DNA of 64,000 nt from Hyaloraphidium curvatum SAG 235-1 (Eukaryota; Fungi; Monoblepharomycota): contig JAIVFI010000025.1 of assembly GCA_025558095.1 (NCBI GenBank), forward strand, positions 186,001 through 250,000, read 5' to 3'. Positions 44,183 through 54,715 of this stretch are shown in pieces (the first letter of the stretch is position 1; every line of letters begins with the position of its first letter). The translations under genes and the position numbers were made by a program. The notes beneath the pieces were generated by a model. The model saw only the letters and a program-made list of their open reading frames with translations. It was not told the origin of the DNA and did no database searches.

Positions 44183-47100
44183 CTACATCAAGCCGCGATT
44201 CTCGATCTGCGTCGCCACCGCCACGGCCTCCATGAAAAAGTCGTCATCGTCCCCAAAGAAAGAGTCCTGCTCCCCGAAGTCATTCGCCGTGCCGTTCGAC
44301 TCCACGGCCTGGATCGCCGGCTTCGGCTTCTCTGCAAGCGCTGGCGCCGGAAGACTCTGGCCCTCCAAACCACTTGGTGCTCCTCGCGAACGGTCCACTA
44401 GCACCGGCTCCGGTGCTGAGCTCGCCCCCATGTGCCCGCGCGGGGCAAAGTCTCTCGGCGCACGATCCGGGGCTTCGTCGCCCGAATCGGAGCTCAAAGT
44501 CGGATCCCGCGGTGGACGCGCCGTCGTCAGCGGACGACCAGTGCCTTGCGCTCCAGACTTGCGCCGCAGGGGGAGATCCGCAGGAGCCGACATCGTGCCG
44601 GTCATCTGCCTCCCAAAGTCTTCACCGATCGCCGCTGGGCCCCTCTTTTGAGGCCGAGATCGAGCTCCCAGATCCTCGTCCTCGTCCGAACAGGCAGATC
44701 GTCCTCGTTTCCTCTGGCGGGCTTGATGTAAAGAACGATCTGCCACGGGCGGAGAATCGGTCTCCGGATCTGCGATCGGCTCTGCCTCCTCGCGCCCGAG
44801 GTCCATCATGACCCGCTCAAAATCGTCGTCCACGATTTCGTCTACCTCGTCGCCGTCGGGTGCAGCCCCCGTGCCTCCGTCCGCCCCGGGTCGGAAGAAG
44901 TTGGTGATGGTGGACTGATCCTTGGCCGCGCGATTCGAAGACTGTCGAGGTCCTTTCGGAAGATTGATGCCGTCCGTCTCCTCGATGTTGATGTCCTTGC
45001 TGTTGCCGTCGACGCTGCGGCCCACGACTTCGAGCTTCTTCCGCACCAGCGGCCACTGCCTGTCGTCCAACGAGTTGCTGGCAATTATGTACTTCACCGC
45101 GACCGGACCCTCCCGCCCGATTCTGTGCGCACGATCCTCGCCTTGGAGCAGATCGCCAGGATTCCAGAAAAGCTCTGGAGGTGGCGGCTCGTTCAGTATA
45201 CGCGTGGTCCCTGCATCGGAAGCAGACGGACCTGCGAAGATAACGTAATCCGCCTTGTTGAGGGTGAGCCCAACGCCCGCGGCCTTGATGCTGAGGATAG
45301 CAATCCTGGTCAAAGGGTCCGTCTGGAACTGGTCGCACAGAATTTGGCGATCCCGCTGTGGCGTCGCGCCGTCGATGCGAATGTACTCGGTCTGTGACGA
45401 AAGCTCGATCACAAAGAGCGTCGTCGCCTGGCATGATCGACCACACCTTCAGCACGTTCGACGCGAATGCAGCGAGCCCGTCGAGAACCTCCTTGTGGTG
45501 ACCAAACACGATGATTTTGAGGGTGTCGCTCTTTTGGTAAACCTCCTGAAGGTACTCGGTGACCGCGGGCAGCTTCGCGTGACCCGTTTGCGTGTACTGG
45601 CCAACTTGTAAGCCTTGAACGAAATCGCTGACAGTCGGAACCCACCAGATCCGTGTACATGCTCCTGCACTGCACCTCGATGCCCTTGATTTTGTTCGGG
45701 TCCGCCCCGCCGGCGAGCATGCCCTTCTTCATCTCTTCGAGACGCAGGAGGTCGGCCATCATCTTGTCCACGATCTTGCGGCTGCTGGCGGGCATCTCGA
45801 CGAAAATGCACTGCCGCTGCTTCTCCGGGAGCTCTTTCAGCACGTCCTTCTTCAGGCGGCGCACGAGGACCGTCTTGTCCAGGATGAAGTGCAGTTCCTG
45901 CAGGTTGGTGGCTCCGCGGTACTCTGTCGCCCCCTTTTTGAAGCGCGAATTCTGTGGATCGCAGTAGCGCTTTCCGAACTCGTCGAGCTTCTTGAACAGC
46001 TCAGGCTTCAGGCACGCCAGCTGGGGAAATAGCTCGATGGGGCGTGACAACGCTGGGGTCCCGGAGATGAGGATGGCGTGCCGTGCCTGCTGAAGCAAAG
46101 GGGTGATCGATCTCGTGCGCTTCGAATCGGGCGATTTCAAGTTGTGAGATTCGTCCGCCACCACGCAGGCGAAGCCGAGGCGCAGCAACTCCTCGGCAAT
46201 CTCCTCCTTGGCCGCGAGATCGTACGAGATGATGGTCATGAGCTTCCTGTCGTCGATCCGATCCTTTCCCGCGGAGATGACCTGGATGTCGTCGTCCTCG
46301 AGCTTCAACCACCTCTTCATCTCGCCCTTCCAAGTGTGCCGCAGCGAAGAAGGGCAGATGATGAGCGCCGGCCACGCACTCTTGTAGTAGGACAGGACCG
46401 TCAAGGCCTGGATCGTCTTGCCGAGGCCCATTTCGTCGCAAAAGAAGACGCGTCCGCCGTTTTCGATGGCCTTGCGCACACCTGTGCGCTGGAAAGGAAG
46501 CAGCGTGGCGAAAAGCGCCGCAGGAATCTTCCTTTGCAGGTCCTGTGCCAGCTCCGCGCGCTCGTCCGGGTTCACGACCATGCGGTTCCTGATCTCCTTA
46601 ACCGCCATTTCCACAAAGTCCGGAATCTCCTGAATGCGCAGGGAGACCTTGTTTTCCAGGTCCTTGTCCGCCTCCATCTCCTTGAGGACCTCCAAGTACT
46701 TGTGCTGCTCAAAGATCCAGAGCCGCGATTCGCCATCGAACCTCACGTTGGGCACCTTGTCCTTCAACCATCGGTTGAGGACGTCGCTCATGCCCATCCG
46801 CACTCCCACGCGGTCCGCATCGAAGACCGAGAACACGACATCGCACGAAGGTTTTGCGCCCGCCATGCCCTTGGGCGGGCTCGCGCTCCCGTACTTGCCG
46901 GCGCCCTGATTCGGAGCCCAGCTGCGGTTCCCGCCGCTGTTTGCGCCGCCGCGGTTCGCGCCGCGACCGCCGCCGCCTTCGGCCCAGCCGGGGTTTGGAG
47001 TCCAGCTCGAGTTTGGGTTCCCGCCGCTCGCCGCACCTCCTCTGCCCTGCCAGGAGCCTTTCATGCCGCCAAAGCCACCCCGACCGCGCCCAGCAGAGTC

Positions 47101-47412
47101 GTGGAACGGCTGGTTCGGTTCCACAGGAGGACCCCCCGCCGACGGGCCCGCGCCGGGCTGCTGCCCCGCGTTGAAGCTGCTGAACATCTGGTCCCGAGGC
47201 GTCGCGTCATCCCAGGCAAAGAACTTGCAGCTTCCCGTTGCGCACTGCAGACGAGTGAGAAATCTCCGGCGGGAGGGACGGTAGGCCCAACTCACGCTGA
47301 AGAACCATCGCCCCTTGTTCGCGTTCTCCTTCCTGGTCTGCAGGTGTTTTGGCGGCGCTCCGCAGTGACAGTTGTCGACGCGCGGCGGGCCGCCGGGGTG
47401 GTTGGAGGACAT
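44183..47412 (-). CDS. SMARCAL1: SMARCAL1/HARP-like SNF2 annealing helicase with an N-terminal GRF zinc finger
   Basis: CHCG..KENANKGRWFFS|CATGSCKFFAWDD; HARP-like VPNVRFDGESRLWIF; DEMGLGKTIQAL, DESHNLK, SGTPALSRPIELF, IRIDGAT, ELFWNPGDLLQGEDRAHRIG. Confidence 0.92.
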
Positions 47413-47633
47413 CTCCGTGGTCGAAGACCGTCAGGGCCGAGTCGCTCCTGCCGACTCCCGCCGTCGCCCAACGCCGCACGGTCCAGCGAGAGGGTCCGTC
47501 CGCCAACTAAGAGCTCCTTTGCCGTCCCATCAACAGCCAACGCGTCCCGACGGGCCGACGCAGAGGGAAGCTCTATCGGGCGCTCGCGAAGTGGTTTCAG
47601 AAACTCGCGAACCTGCCCCCGCTCCCGACCAAC

Positions 47634-48749
47634 ATGAAGCGACTCTATACGGCGGCTCTATTCCGAGGATTCGCACCGTCCGTCTCTTCCCGGACACGCG
47701 GACTCCACTTAGCCCCGCCGTATCTCGTGGACCCGCCGTACATTCCTCGAGCCGCACGAATGGCGGCACAGCGGCCGGACCTTCTCTCCCGCAAGGTGGC
47801 CAAGGCCCAGGCCGCCCTCTCGGAATGCAACATGTGTCCGAGGAAATGCGGCGTGAACCGATTCGAGAAGAAAGGGGTGTGCATGGTCGGCGACCGGGCC
47901 CCCGTCAACGTGGTGGCGCCGCATTTCGGGGAGGAGGCGTCGCTCATCGGAGTCAACGGCTCAGGGACCATCTTCTTCAGCGGGTGCAGCCTGAAGTGCA
48001 GCTTCTGCCAGAACCATGAGATCTCGCACTCGGTGCAGGGTTACAACTTGGGGCCGGAGGAAATCGGGGACTGGATCCTGAAGCTGCAGGAGGCGGGCAC
48101 GCATAACTTGAACCTCGTGACGCCGGAGCACGTGGTGCCGCAAGTCGTGCTGGCGCTGGCGGCCATTGCGGATCGCCTGGAGATGCCTGTGGTCTACAAC
48201 ACTAGTAGCTACGACTGTCAGGAGGCCCTTGATCTTATGGACGGGCTCGTCGACATCTACCTTGCCGGTACTGTTCAAATCACTCCCCTGGTTGTTGTGA
48301 TTCTCACACGCTCCGCAGACTTTAAGGTCTGGGAACCTGCGACCGCCGCACGCCTCCTCAAGGCCAAAGACTACCCCGAGCACGCTCGCAACGCGATCAA
48401 GCTCATGAACGAGCAGGTCGGCTTTCTTCGCTTCTCTCCCGACGGCCTGGCCAAGGAGGGCCTGCTGGTGCGGCACCTGGTGATGCCCGGGCAGACCTCC
48501 GAGGCCGAGCGGATCCTCGAGTGGCTCGCGAAGGAGATCGGCACGGACACGTACGTCAACATCATGCAGCAGTACCGCCCGGACGGGAGCGTGGGGAAGC
48601 AGGATCGGCGGAGGGACGGGACGACGACGACGCGGTACGAGGAGCTGAACAGGGCGCCTACATCGGAGGAGTACGACGCAGCGGTGCAGGCAGCGAAGCG
48701 GGCGGGGCTGTTTCGGTTCGAGGAGGCTCCGAGGCACGGCGGGTTTTAG
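47634..48749 (+). CDS. Radical SAM protein, PflX-like, with a probable mitochondrial presequence
   Basis: CNMCPRKCGVNR, PHFGEE, GTIFFSGCSLKCSFCQN (CxxxCxxC), NLVTPEH, DIYLA|DFK, VRHLVMPG, NIMQQYRP. Intron ~48268-48318. Confidence 0.92.
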   Translation: MKRLYTAALFRGFAPSVSSRTRGLHLAPPYLVDPPYIPRAARMAAQRPDLLSRKVAKAQAALSECNMCPRKCGVNRFEKKGVCMVGDRAPVNVVAPHFGEEASLIGVNGSGTIFFSGCSLKCSFCQNHEISHSVQGYNLGPEEIGDWILKLQEAGTHNLNLVTPEHVVPQVVLALAAIADRLEMPVVYNTSSYDCQEALDLMDGLVDIYLAGTVQITPLVVVILTRSADFKVWEPATAARLLKAKDYPEHARNAIKLMNEQVGFLRFSPDGLAKEGLLVRHLVMPGQTSEAERILEWLAKEIGTDTYVNIMQQYRPDGSVGKQDRRRDGTTTTRYEELNRAPTSEEYDAAVQAAKRAGLFRFEEAPRHGGF

Positions 48750-50277
48750 TGGGATAGTACGTATTGGTTCGACAGAGTTGAATCACAAGATCAAGAAGCT
48801 ATGTTACAAAGTGCCCTCGTCCGATCAGACCCTGCGGTTAACGTTGTTGTCGTAACCAGCACCGGCGTAGCCAGAGTCGGTCGCGGTGGTCGTGGCGGCG
48901 GGCGCGCTGGCGACCGTGTCGAGGAACGAGATGCCGTTCAAGAAGGGGATCAGGTAGTACCTGGCGGGGGCGTCAGCGGACAGGCACACCTCGGTGGCCG
49001 ATCACTACCCACGGGATTGCCTGGATGTAGTAGGAAGCCAGCAGTGCCTTGGCAGACGAAGTCATGAAGCCCGTATTGAAGGTGAGGTCGTTGATGCGGA
49101 TCGTGGCAAAGACGGCAGCAATCGCGGCGTAGACTGACGAGGAACAAAGATCAGGCCGAAACCGACGGCGTTGAGAGCAGGCCACGAAACTCACTGGAGC
49201 AGGGGATACGGTACTTGACCACGGAGCCCGAGCGGGCGTCGACCACAAGAACGAACAGGATGAGAACTGCGGAACGACATGGGGTCAGATCAGGCACCAA
49301 GAAGGCATCAACAGTCTGTACAAACGGTTGACGAAGGTGAAGAACGCAAACAGGAACCTGTATGGTAGGTACCAGTCAGCTCGAGCGTCCCGGGAATGCC
49401 CCAGATCTGCCTCACCAGTCGAAAGACAGGTAGTTCTGCTCGACCCTCCCCGCGGCCTGGTTCACGAACGGGAACACGCCGGCGGGCTCCGTCGACTCAG
49501 CGCTCAGCCTGCCCTGCAGGTTGGACTGGACGACCGAGTCTGGTTCACTGATTCCAGGTCGCGCGGCGAATGGTCTCTCTCTGATTCCAGGTCGTTTGGC
49601 TGCTGGTATCGCCCCCCCCCCCCCCGCCGCTACCTGCCATGTAGCTTTGCCGCGGAGCGGCCCGCGAGCGCCAGCGAGCCCCGCGCCAGCGGGCACGTAC
49701 CCCACCGCCGCAGGCACGCACGTCTCCCGCCGCTACCCGCCAGCGAGCTTCGGGTGGCTGCGGAGGGGCGGAGCCCCGACCAAGAGGGCAGCAGGCTACA
49801 ATAACTTTTCGCGCCCAGATCATTCCCGGGTGGACGGCCGCCGGCGGCGCGCGGGATTCGGACGTTGAGATGCATACGCACGCTTTTCATGCAATAAAAC
49901 CCGTTGGGAAATGCATGGGTAGTGAGATCCCCTGCCGGGGGGCTTCCGGGCCGGTGGTGGCCGGACCCCGGGCGGAGCGCGCGCCCAACACCCCCTCGCC
50001 CAAACCGGCTCCCACGTCCACCGGAACGGCTCCCTGGGCCGGAGGACACCACCGCGGTGACGGCGGGCGCGTTCCTGTGCGGCGGCGGCGCGGCGCGGCG
50101 GCGGGACGAGGCGCGGTGGGGGCAACCCGGCGCCGCTCCCCGTCGGACCTCCCTCACGCGCTGCACCCCTCGGCGCCCCTCGACCGCAGCCACGGTCGAC
50201 GGCGGCGGACGGCAAAATGGCGGGCACGAAGGGGGACGGCGGCGGCAACACGGCTGAGGGGTGGGAGGGCGGTCGGC

Positions 50278-50812
50278 ATGCCGGGACCGCCGTACCTTCT
50301 CACGCCCGGCGCTCCCCGCGACAGGTTCGACGTTCAAGGGGCCGGGGCCGACGAGGAGCGCGAGGTGGAGGAGGAGTACGACGACCTCCCCCCGCTCGAG
50401 TACATCTCGGAGGGGGGAGTAGAGGAGGAGCATGGCGAGGACCGTTCGGACAAGGGCGACGCTCCCCGGCAGCAGCAGCAGCAGCAGCAGGCGGTTCGCC
50501 CCTCTCCCCTCGAGATCTGCACCCTCCTCGCCCTCCTCCGCCTCGGGAATGTTGGCTTCTGCCCCTCGCGCACGCGCCCGCTGTTCTGCGACACAGCCCG
50601 GCCGGGGTGGTGCGCCAACGCCGACCACTCGCCCGAGAAGTGGGTCTGGGGGCCGGGCGTCTGGAGGAGATCTGCTCACGCTCGTGCCTGCCTACAATCG
50701 CAGGTCCGAAGTCTCCGTGATCCCGGTCAAGTACGTGTTCGGCACCTGCACCATGGCCGATTTGACGACGACGCGAGGCGGCGGGTGCGCGCGGATCCGC
50801 AGCAAGCTTTAG
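50278..50812 (+). CDS. Hypothetical ORF or fragment inside the insertion (acidic/poly-Q, Cys-containing), probably one intron
   Basis: MPGPPYLL..EEEYDDLPPLEY..QQQQQQQ..CANADHSPE; probable intron ~50640-50703; then SEVSVIPVKYVFGTCTMADL..*. Confidence 0.35.
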
Positions 50813-50847
50813 CTCGCAGCCCGGTGGCGGGTCGGGGTGTGCCTGAT

Positions 50848-50952
50848 GGCGGTTCGGCAAAACACGCCAATGCGCGTGATCACGGCGGTTCGGCAAAACA
50901 CGCCAATGCGCGTGATCACGGCGGACGGATCGGCGGACGGATCGGCGGACGG
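50848..50952 (+). repeat. Exact 36-bp tandem duplication followed by 12-bp repeats
   Basis: GGCGGTTCGGCAAAACACGCCAATGCGCGTGATCAC x2, then GGCGGACGGATC x2 plus a partial copy. Confidence 0.9.
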
Positions 50953-51101
50953 GGTGCGGGGCATGGCGGATCTGCGGCGTGGCTTTGTGGATTGTCTCTG
51001 GACGGACTGTTTCACGGACTGTTTCGACTGGTTGGGCAAGGTTTCGGGTACTGGTTGCGCAATTGCGCGGGTGTAGACACTCGACACGGATTCAAAAGGA
51101 C

Positions 51102-51685
51102 CTACTTCCTTCTCCAGAGGGAGAGCATGGCCTCGTCCGATCTCGCGAACTTGTGCTTGGCCTCCAGCTCCTTCCATGCCTCCTCCAGCGCCCACCAGCT
51201 CCGGACCCAATCGCAGAGGTTCAGGGGATCCGGCGGCGGCGTCTCCGCCGCGGCCGCGCCGGCTTCCGCGCTCCGGATGCGCCTGCTCTCCGCCGCGGCC
51301 CTCCCGACGCCCTCCAGAAAGGCCCTGGCCCCGCGGGATGGGCGTATGGATCCGACGGCCGACGAAAGCAGCTGCTCGAATGCGGCCGGAGACTTCACCT
51401 GGCTGGCGACCCGCGTGAGATCGGTGGCGCACGCTGAAAAGAGGATGGCGTGCAGCGTCCCCAACAGCAGCGTCCAGTCGGCCTCCGCTGCCAGGTCCAG
51501 GGAGCGGCCGGCAAGCTCCTGCGCGGCGAGCCGGGTCGCCTTCATGATCCGGTTCCCGATCACGGTGTTCTGCCTGAAGAGCGTCAGGTGCTCGTCCGTG
51601 GCGCCGGGAGTGGCCGACATGAACACCGCGGCGTGCCAGTCGGACTCGTTGGCGTACAGGAACCTCTTCTTCTTGTGCCCGATCC
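51102..51685 (-). pseudogene. 5'-truncated coding fragment abutting the insertion boundary
   Basis: Strong GC3 frame RIGHKKKRFLYANESDWHAAVF..LCDWVRSWWALEEAW..* begins at the junction with no start codon of its own there. Confidence 0.45.
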
Positions 51686-52211
51686 GCTGACCAGTTGAAC
51701 GATCTGTTTGGGGAGGGGAGGGTGAGAGACTTCCCGAGGGGGGAGACGGCCCCGCGAGGCCACAGGGCGGGCCACAGGGCGGGCACGTACCCAGCCTCCA
51801 AGGAGAAGGAGGACGCAGACGCCAATGGCGGCGCGGAGGCGGGTGCTGGTGGCGGGAGCGATGGCCATTTCTCGAACGGGGACTGTACTTGGAGTGGCGG
51901 TGCGCTGTTGACGGTGCGGGCGAGTCGACGTCGATTCGACGGCCGTGGGAAGAGGGCGGAAGGAGCTTTTTGCTCACGTCTGGAGTGACAGGAAAGTCGG
52001 GTCGGCTCGGGAGCGGCTTCGCGCGGAGGTCTTTCGTAGGTAGGTGGGGCCACGTCACCGCGCGGAAGAACACCGTACGATCGCCGAATACATGGGAGAG
52101 AGTCCCCAGCACGTGAGATCTTCTCGCCGAAAAAAGGGACCACCTCAACATCCTCGATCAATGTGTTGTAACGAACTGCTATGCCACCGAGCTCGATTTC
52201 GCTACCGCAGT

Positions 52212-52283
52212 GGTAGTGGATGCGATGTCCGGCTGTCAGGTTCGCTCGGTAGTGGATGCGATGTCCGGCTGTCAGGTTCGCTC
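52212..52283 (+). repeat. Exact 36-bp tandem duplication
   Basis: GGTAGTGGATGCGATGTCCGGCTGTCAGGTTCGCTC x2. Confidence 0.9.
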
Positions 52284-52841
52284 ACGTAACGATTGCCTGT
52301 CGAACGGCTCTCGGTCCGACATGCAATGGGCATTTATCCACGATTCCGCTCCGTTGGTCAGCATCGCCGAATGCGCATTCGGGACGCGTCACGATGACAA
52401 CTCTGATGCGAGCTCCTCACGAGCCGGCTCTGTGGCTCGCCGAGCAACTCAGCGCGTAAGCACTACGCTTACCAAGGCCACTAGGCTACCTCGGGTGCGA
52501 ACAATAGTTCGCCCCCGGGCGATTTCGGGAGGCGCCTGCCAGCCCCCCCTACGAGGTTTGGCCGCCCGAGTGTCCGATGTCCTCGTCGGCGGCAAGCTGT
52601 CCGACGACCTGAAGAACAACACTAACCTGGTCATTCCACGCCATATCCATCGTCGGCGATCCGCGTCCACCCAATCAATCCAGCAAAAGCCGAAAGGGAG
52701 GGCGAGGGCGACCCGGGGGAAGGGGGAGGGCCAGGGCGTTAGCTCCGGTCGTAGGGCACGGGGGTCGACGGAGTCCGAGCGCGCGCGCCGGGAGAGGACA
52801 GTCGGGGCGACTCGAACGGCAGAAGCCACGCGGGCGGGTGC

Positions 52842-53879
52842 TTGGCAGCCGATGAGGTCCAAATCCCTACTGATCCGGGGTCGCTGGCGGCCACAAGGGA
52901 CGCGTACTTTCCCTGGCTGCGGGGGTGGGACGTGGCGGCGAGGCTCAACCAGGGGCCCCGGCATCCGCAGCTGCCCGAGAAGGTCGAGCGGATGATTTGT
53001 AAGGCGCTACAGGGCGGCTACGAGCTGTACCGGTACGCGCAGAGGCGCGTGCGGGTGCAGCTCGCGGCCGCACCGCCGAAACCGACGACGGAGCTCGTCA
53101 CCCACGCGGAGACGGGCATCCGCGTGCACGTGGTCTACTTTGCGCACATTGCCGCGGCCGCGAACCCGGACTGGGAGACCCTGGTTTCGGCGCAGCTGGC
53201 GGACGTGCGGGACACCGGGCTGGCGGCGGCGGCGGCCACCCTCGATGTGGTGCTGCAGGCCGACGGCGCCGACGCCGGCGCCCTGCTCTCCCGCACGTCG
53301 GAACTCTCTCTTTCCCTGGTCCCCCAGGCCGTCGTGCAGATCCACCGCGGGAACCTGTTCGAGTACCACGGGATCCGGAAAGCTCGGTCGCGCGCCTGGG
53401 CGGCGCCCGGCGACGGCACGGGATCGGTGATCATGTACCACCACTCCAAGGGCATGGTGCACAGCCGCGATGCCGACCGGAACCGCACGGCCAAGAACCT
53501 GATGATCACGAGAGCGGTGGTGCTCCCGTGGAAGCGGATCGCTGCGCGGTTCGCCGCCGAACCGCGGGTGAGGCGGGCCGCGTACGCCGTGGCACCCGCG
53601 GGGATAGGGTGGTACAACTTTTGGTGGGCGAGGGCAGAGGTGCTCCGAAAGCGGCCCGAGCCGAGGCCGTCGCAGGACAGGTTCGACCACGAGTGCTGGC
53701 TTGGCCTGTCGACGACCGAGCCAGCGCCGGGGGCGGTGACAAAGGAGTGGGACTACGCCGGGCTGAAGACGTGGTACACCACGGATCCGCACGGGTCGGT
53801 ATCGCTCTGCCGGAAGACGTGGGAGGCTGAGGTGAACACCACGACCCCGGCCGACATGATGTCGAAGCTGTGCAACTGA
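52842..53879 (+). CDS. Putative glycosyltransferase-like protein (YxHxKG..NFWWAR..ExWLG family); start uncertain
   Basis: Intronless ORF with NLFEYHGI, VIMYHHSKGM, GWYNFWWARAEVL and DRFDHECWLG. Confidence 0.6.
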   Translation: MAADEVQIPTDPGSLAATRDAYFPWLRGWDVAARLNQGPRHPQLPEKVERMICKALQGGYELYRYAQRRVRVQLAAAPPKPTTELVTHAETGIRVHVVYFAHIAAAANPDWETLVSAQLADVRDTGLAAAAATLDVVLQADGADAGALLSRTSELSLSLVPQAVVQIHRGNLFEYHGIRKARSRAWAAPGDGTGSVIMYHHSKGMVHSRDADRNRTAKNLMITRAVVLPWKRIAARFAAEPRVRRAAYAVAPAGIGWYNFWWARAEVLRKRPEPRPSQDRFDHECWLGLSTTEPAPGAVTKEWDYAGLKTWYTTDPHGSVSLCRKTWEAEVNTTTPADMMSKLCN

Positions 53880-54715
53880 TGAGGCCAATACACGATCTGG
53901 CTCGCATGCATCTGTTCGGGTGTTCGATCCGGCGTGCATCCGCAGTGGCGTCCCGGCGGCTCAGAAGGAGAACATGGTTGGCGATCCGATCTCGAAGCTG
54001 TCAAATCGTGGAGCTGGGTGTGCATGTACGGACCGAATTCCCCATCCGTGCCGTATTCAGCACAAACAAACCGCATCTAACGATTCGGCCGCGCCGTCCA
54101 CGTCTCGGAATCCGCACGCGGAGGCGGTCGTGTTGGCCCTTTTGGGCGTGGGAGGACCCGGACGGAGGAAGAGCAGAACGTGGGGTCTCAGGCACACTAA
54201 GCCACGATGCGAATCTAGAAAGTGTCCGCGGCGTCTACAATGAACGCACGATGCAGACGGATGCACTTCTGGCCGTGTGGACGGCGCCGGAGCTTCACCC
54301 GGTGGGAGACGCTCTTGGCGGAGGCGGGCAACGTCTGCCCCCGGCGGCAGCCCCAGAGGCATCCGGGCGACTCCGTGTACTTTAGAACGATGCATTCGCC
54401 GGGTCGAAGCGGTCCGTACAAGTGTGAAATGGTGGAATCTGTAGTGTGGCAAATCGATCTGGTGGGAAGGCAGGTCGCCGGCAGCGCAAGGACGGAGCGG
54501 CGGCGCGCCTGGCCGTAGATTCCGCGATGCGGCCTCTACTTCTTGCTAGCATAATTGCGACAGCGGTCTTGGCCGGGCGTGTCGAGCACGGAGCCCAGCT
54601 GAGTGGGAATCAAAAGCACATAGCGGCCGGGCCGATACTTCTGCCCCCGGAGTTTCGTTTCACTCGCTTCGGACCACCCACTTCCCGGAGGTTTAGCGGG
54701 GAGCCAGCCGGGCCG

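Larger units (their letters stand above)
49540..51685. mobile_element. ~2.15-kb insertion of unknown class carrying gene fragments
   Basis: Separates two halves of one TM helix of the host gene. Contains direct repeats CTGATTCCAGGTCG (49548 and 49581), a C14 run, a GGGGC-GGA-GCCCC hairpin (~49765-49777), (CAG)7, tandem duplications and two convergent ORF fragments. No TIR, LTR, TSD or transposase recognised. Confidence 0.5.
48825..51868 (-). pseudogene. Sho1/LCI1-like four-TM membrane protein gene without SH3, interrupted in exon 2 by an insertion (pseudogene or unusually spliced gene)
   Basis: Exon 1 51868-51791 (MAIAP..IGVCVLLLLGGW), intron 51790-51704, exon 2a 51703-51686 (IVQLVS). Resumes at ~49537 (SVVQSNL..YLSFDW) and continues over four clean GT-AG introns (FLFAFFTFVN|LLILFVLVV..YRIPCS|IYAAIAAVFA..INDL..QAIP|YYLIPFL) to TGA 48825-48827. 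Confidence 0.65.

Noticed and set aside
44183-47412. ZRANB3 assignment
   Set aside because: No HNH or RanBP2 finger after the helicase; a HARP-like domain precedes it.
47634-48749. True pyruvate formate-lyase activating enzyme (PflA)
   Set aside because: Motifs fit the PflX-like family, and no PFL gene is nearby.
51102-51685. KDZ/Zisupton transposase fragment
   Set aside because: Only a vague resemblance; no GE..ER catalytic motif or CxC domain seen.
49540-51685. Canonical Helitron, LTR or TIR element
   Set aside because: No matching termini, A/T target site, clear TSD or transposase/RT motifs found.
50848-52283. 36-bp repeats as a CRISPR array
   Set aside because: Only two adjacent copies each, no spacers, no cas genes, eukaryotic context.
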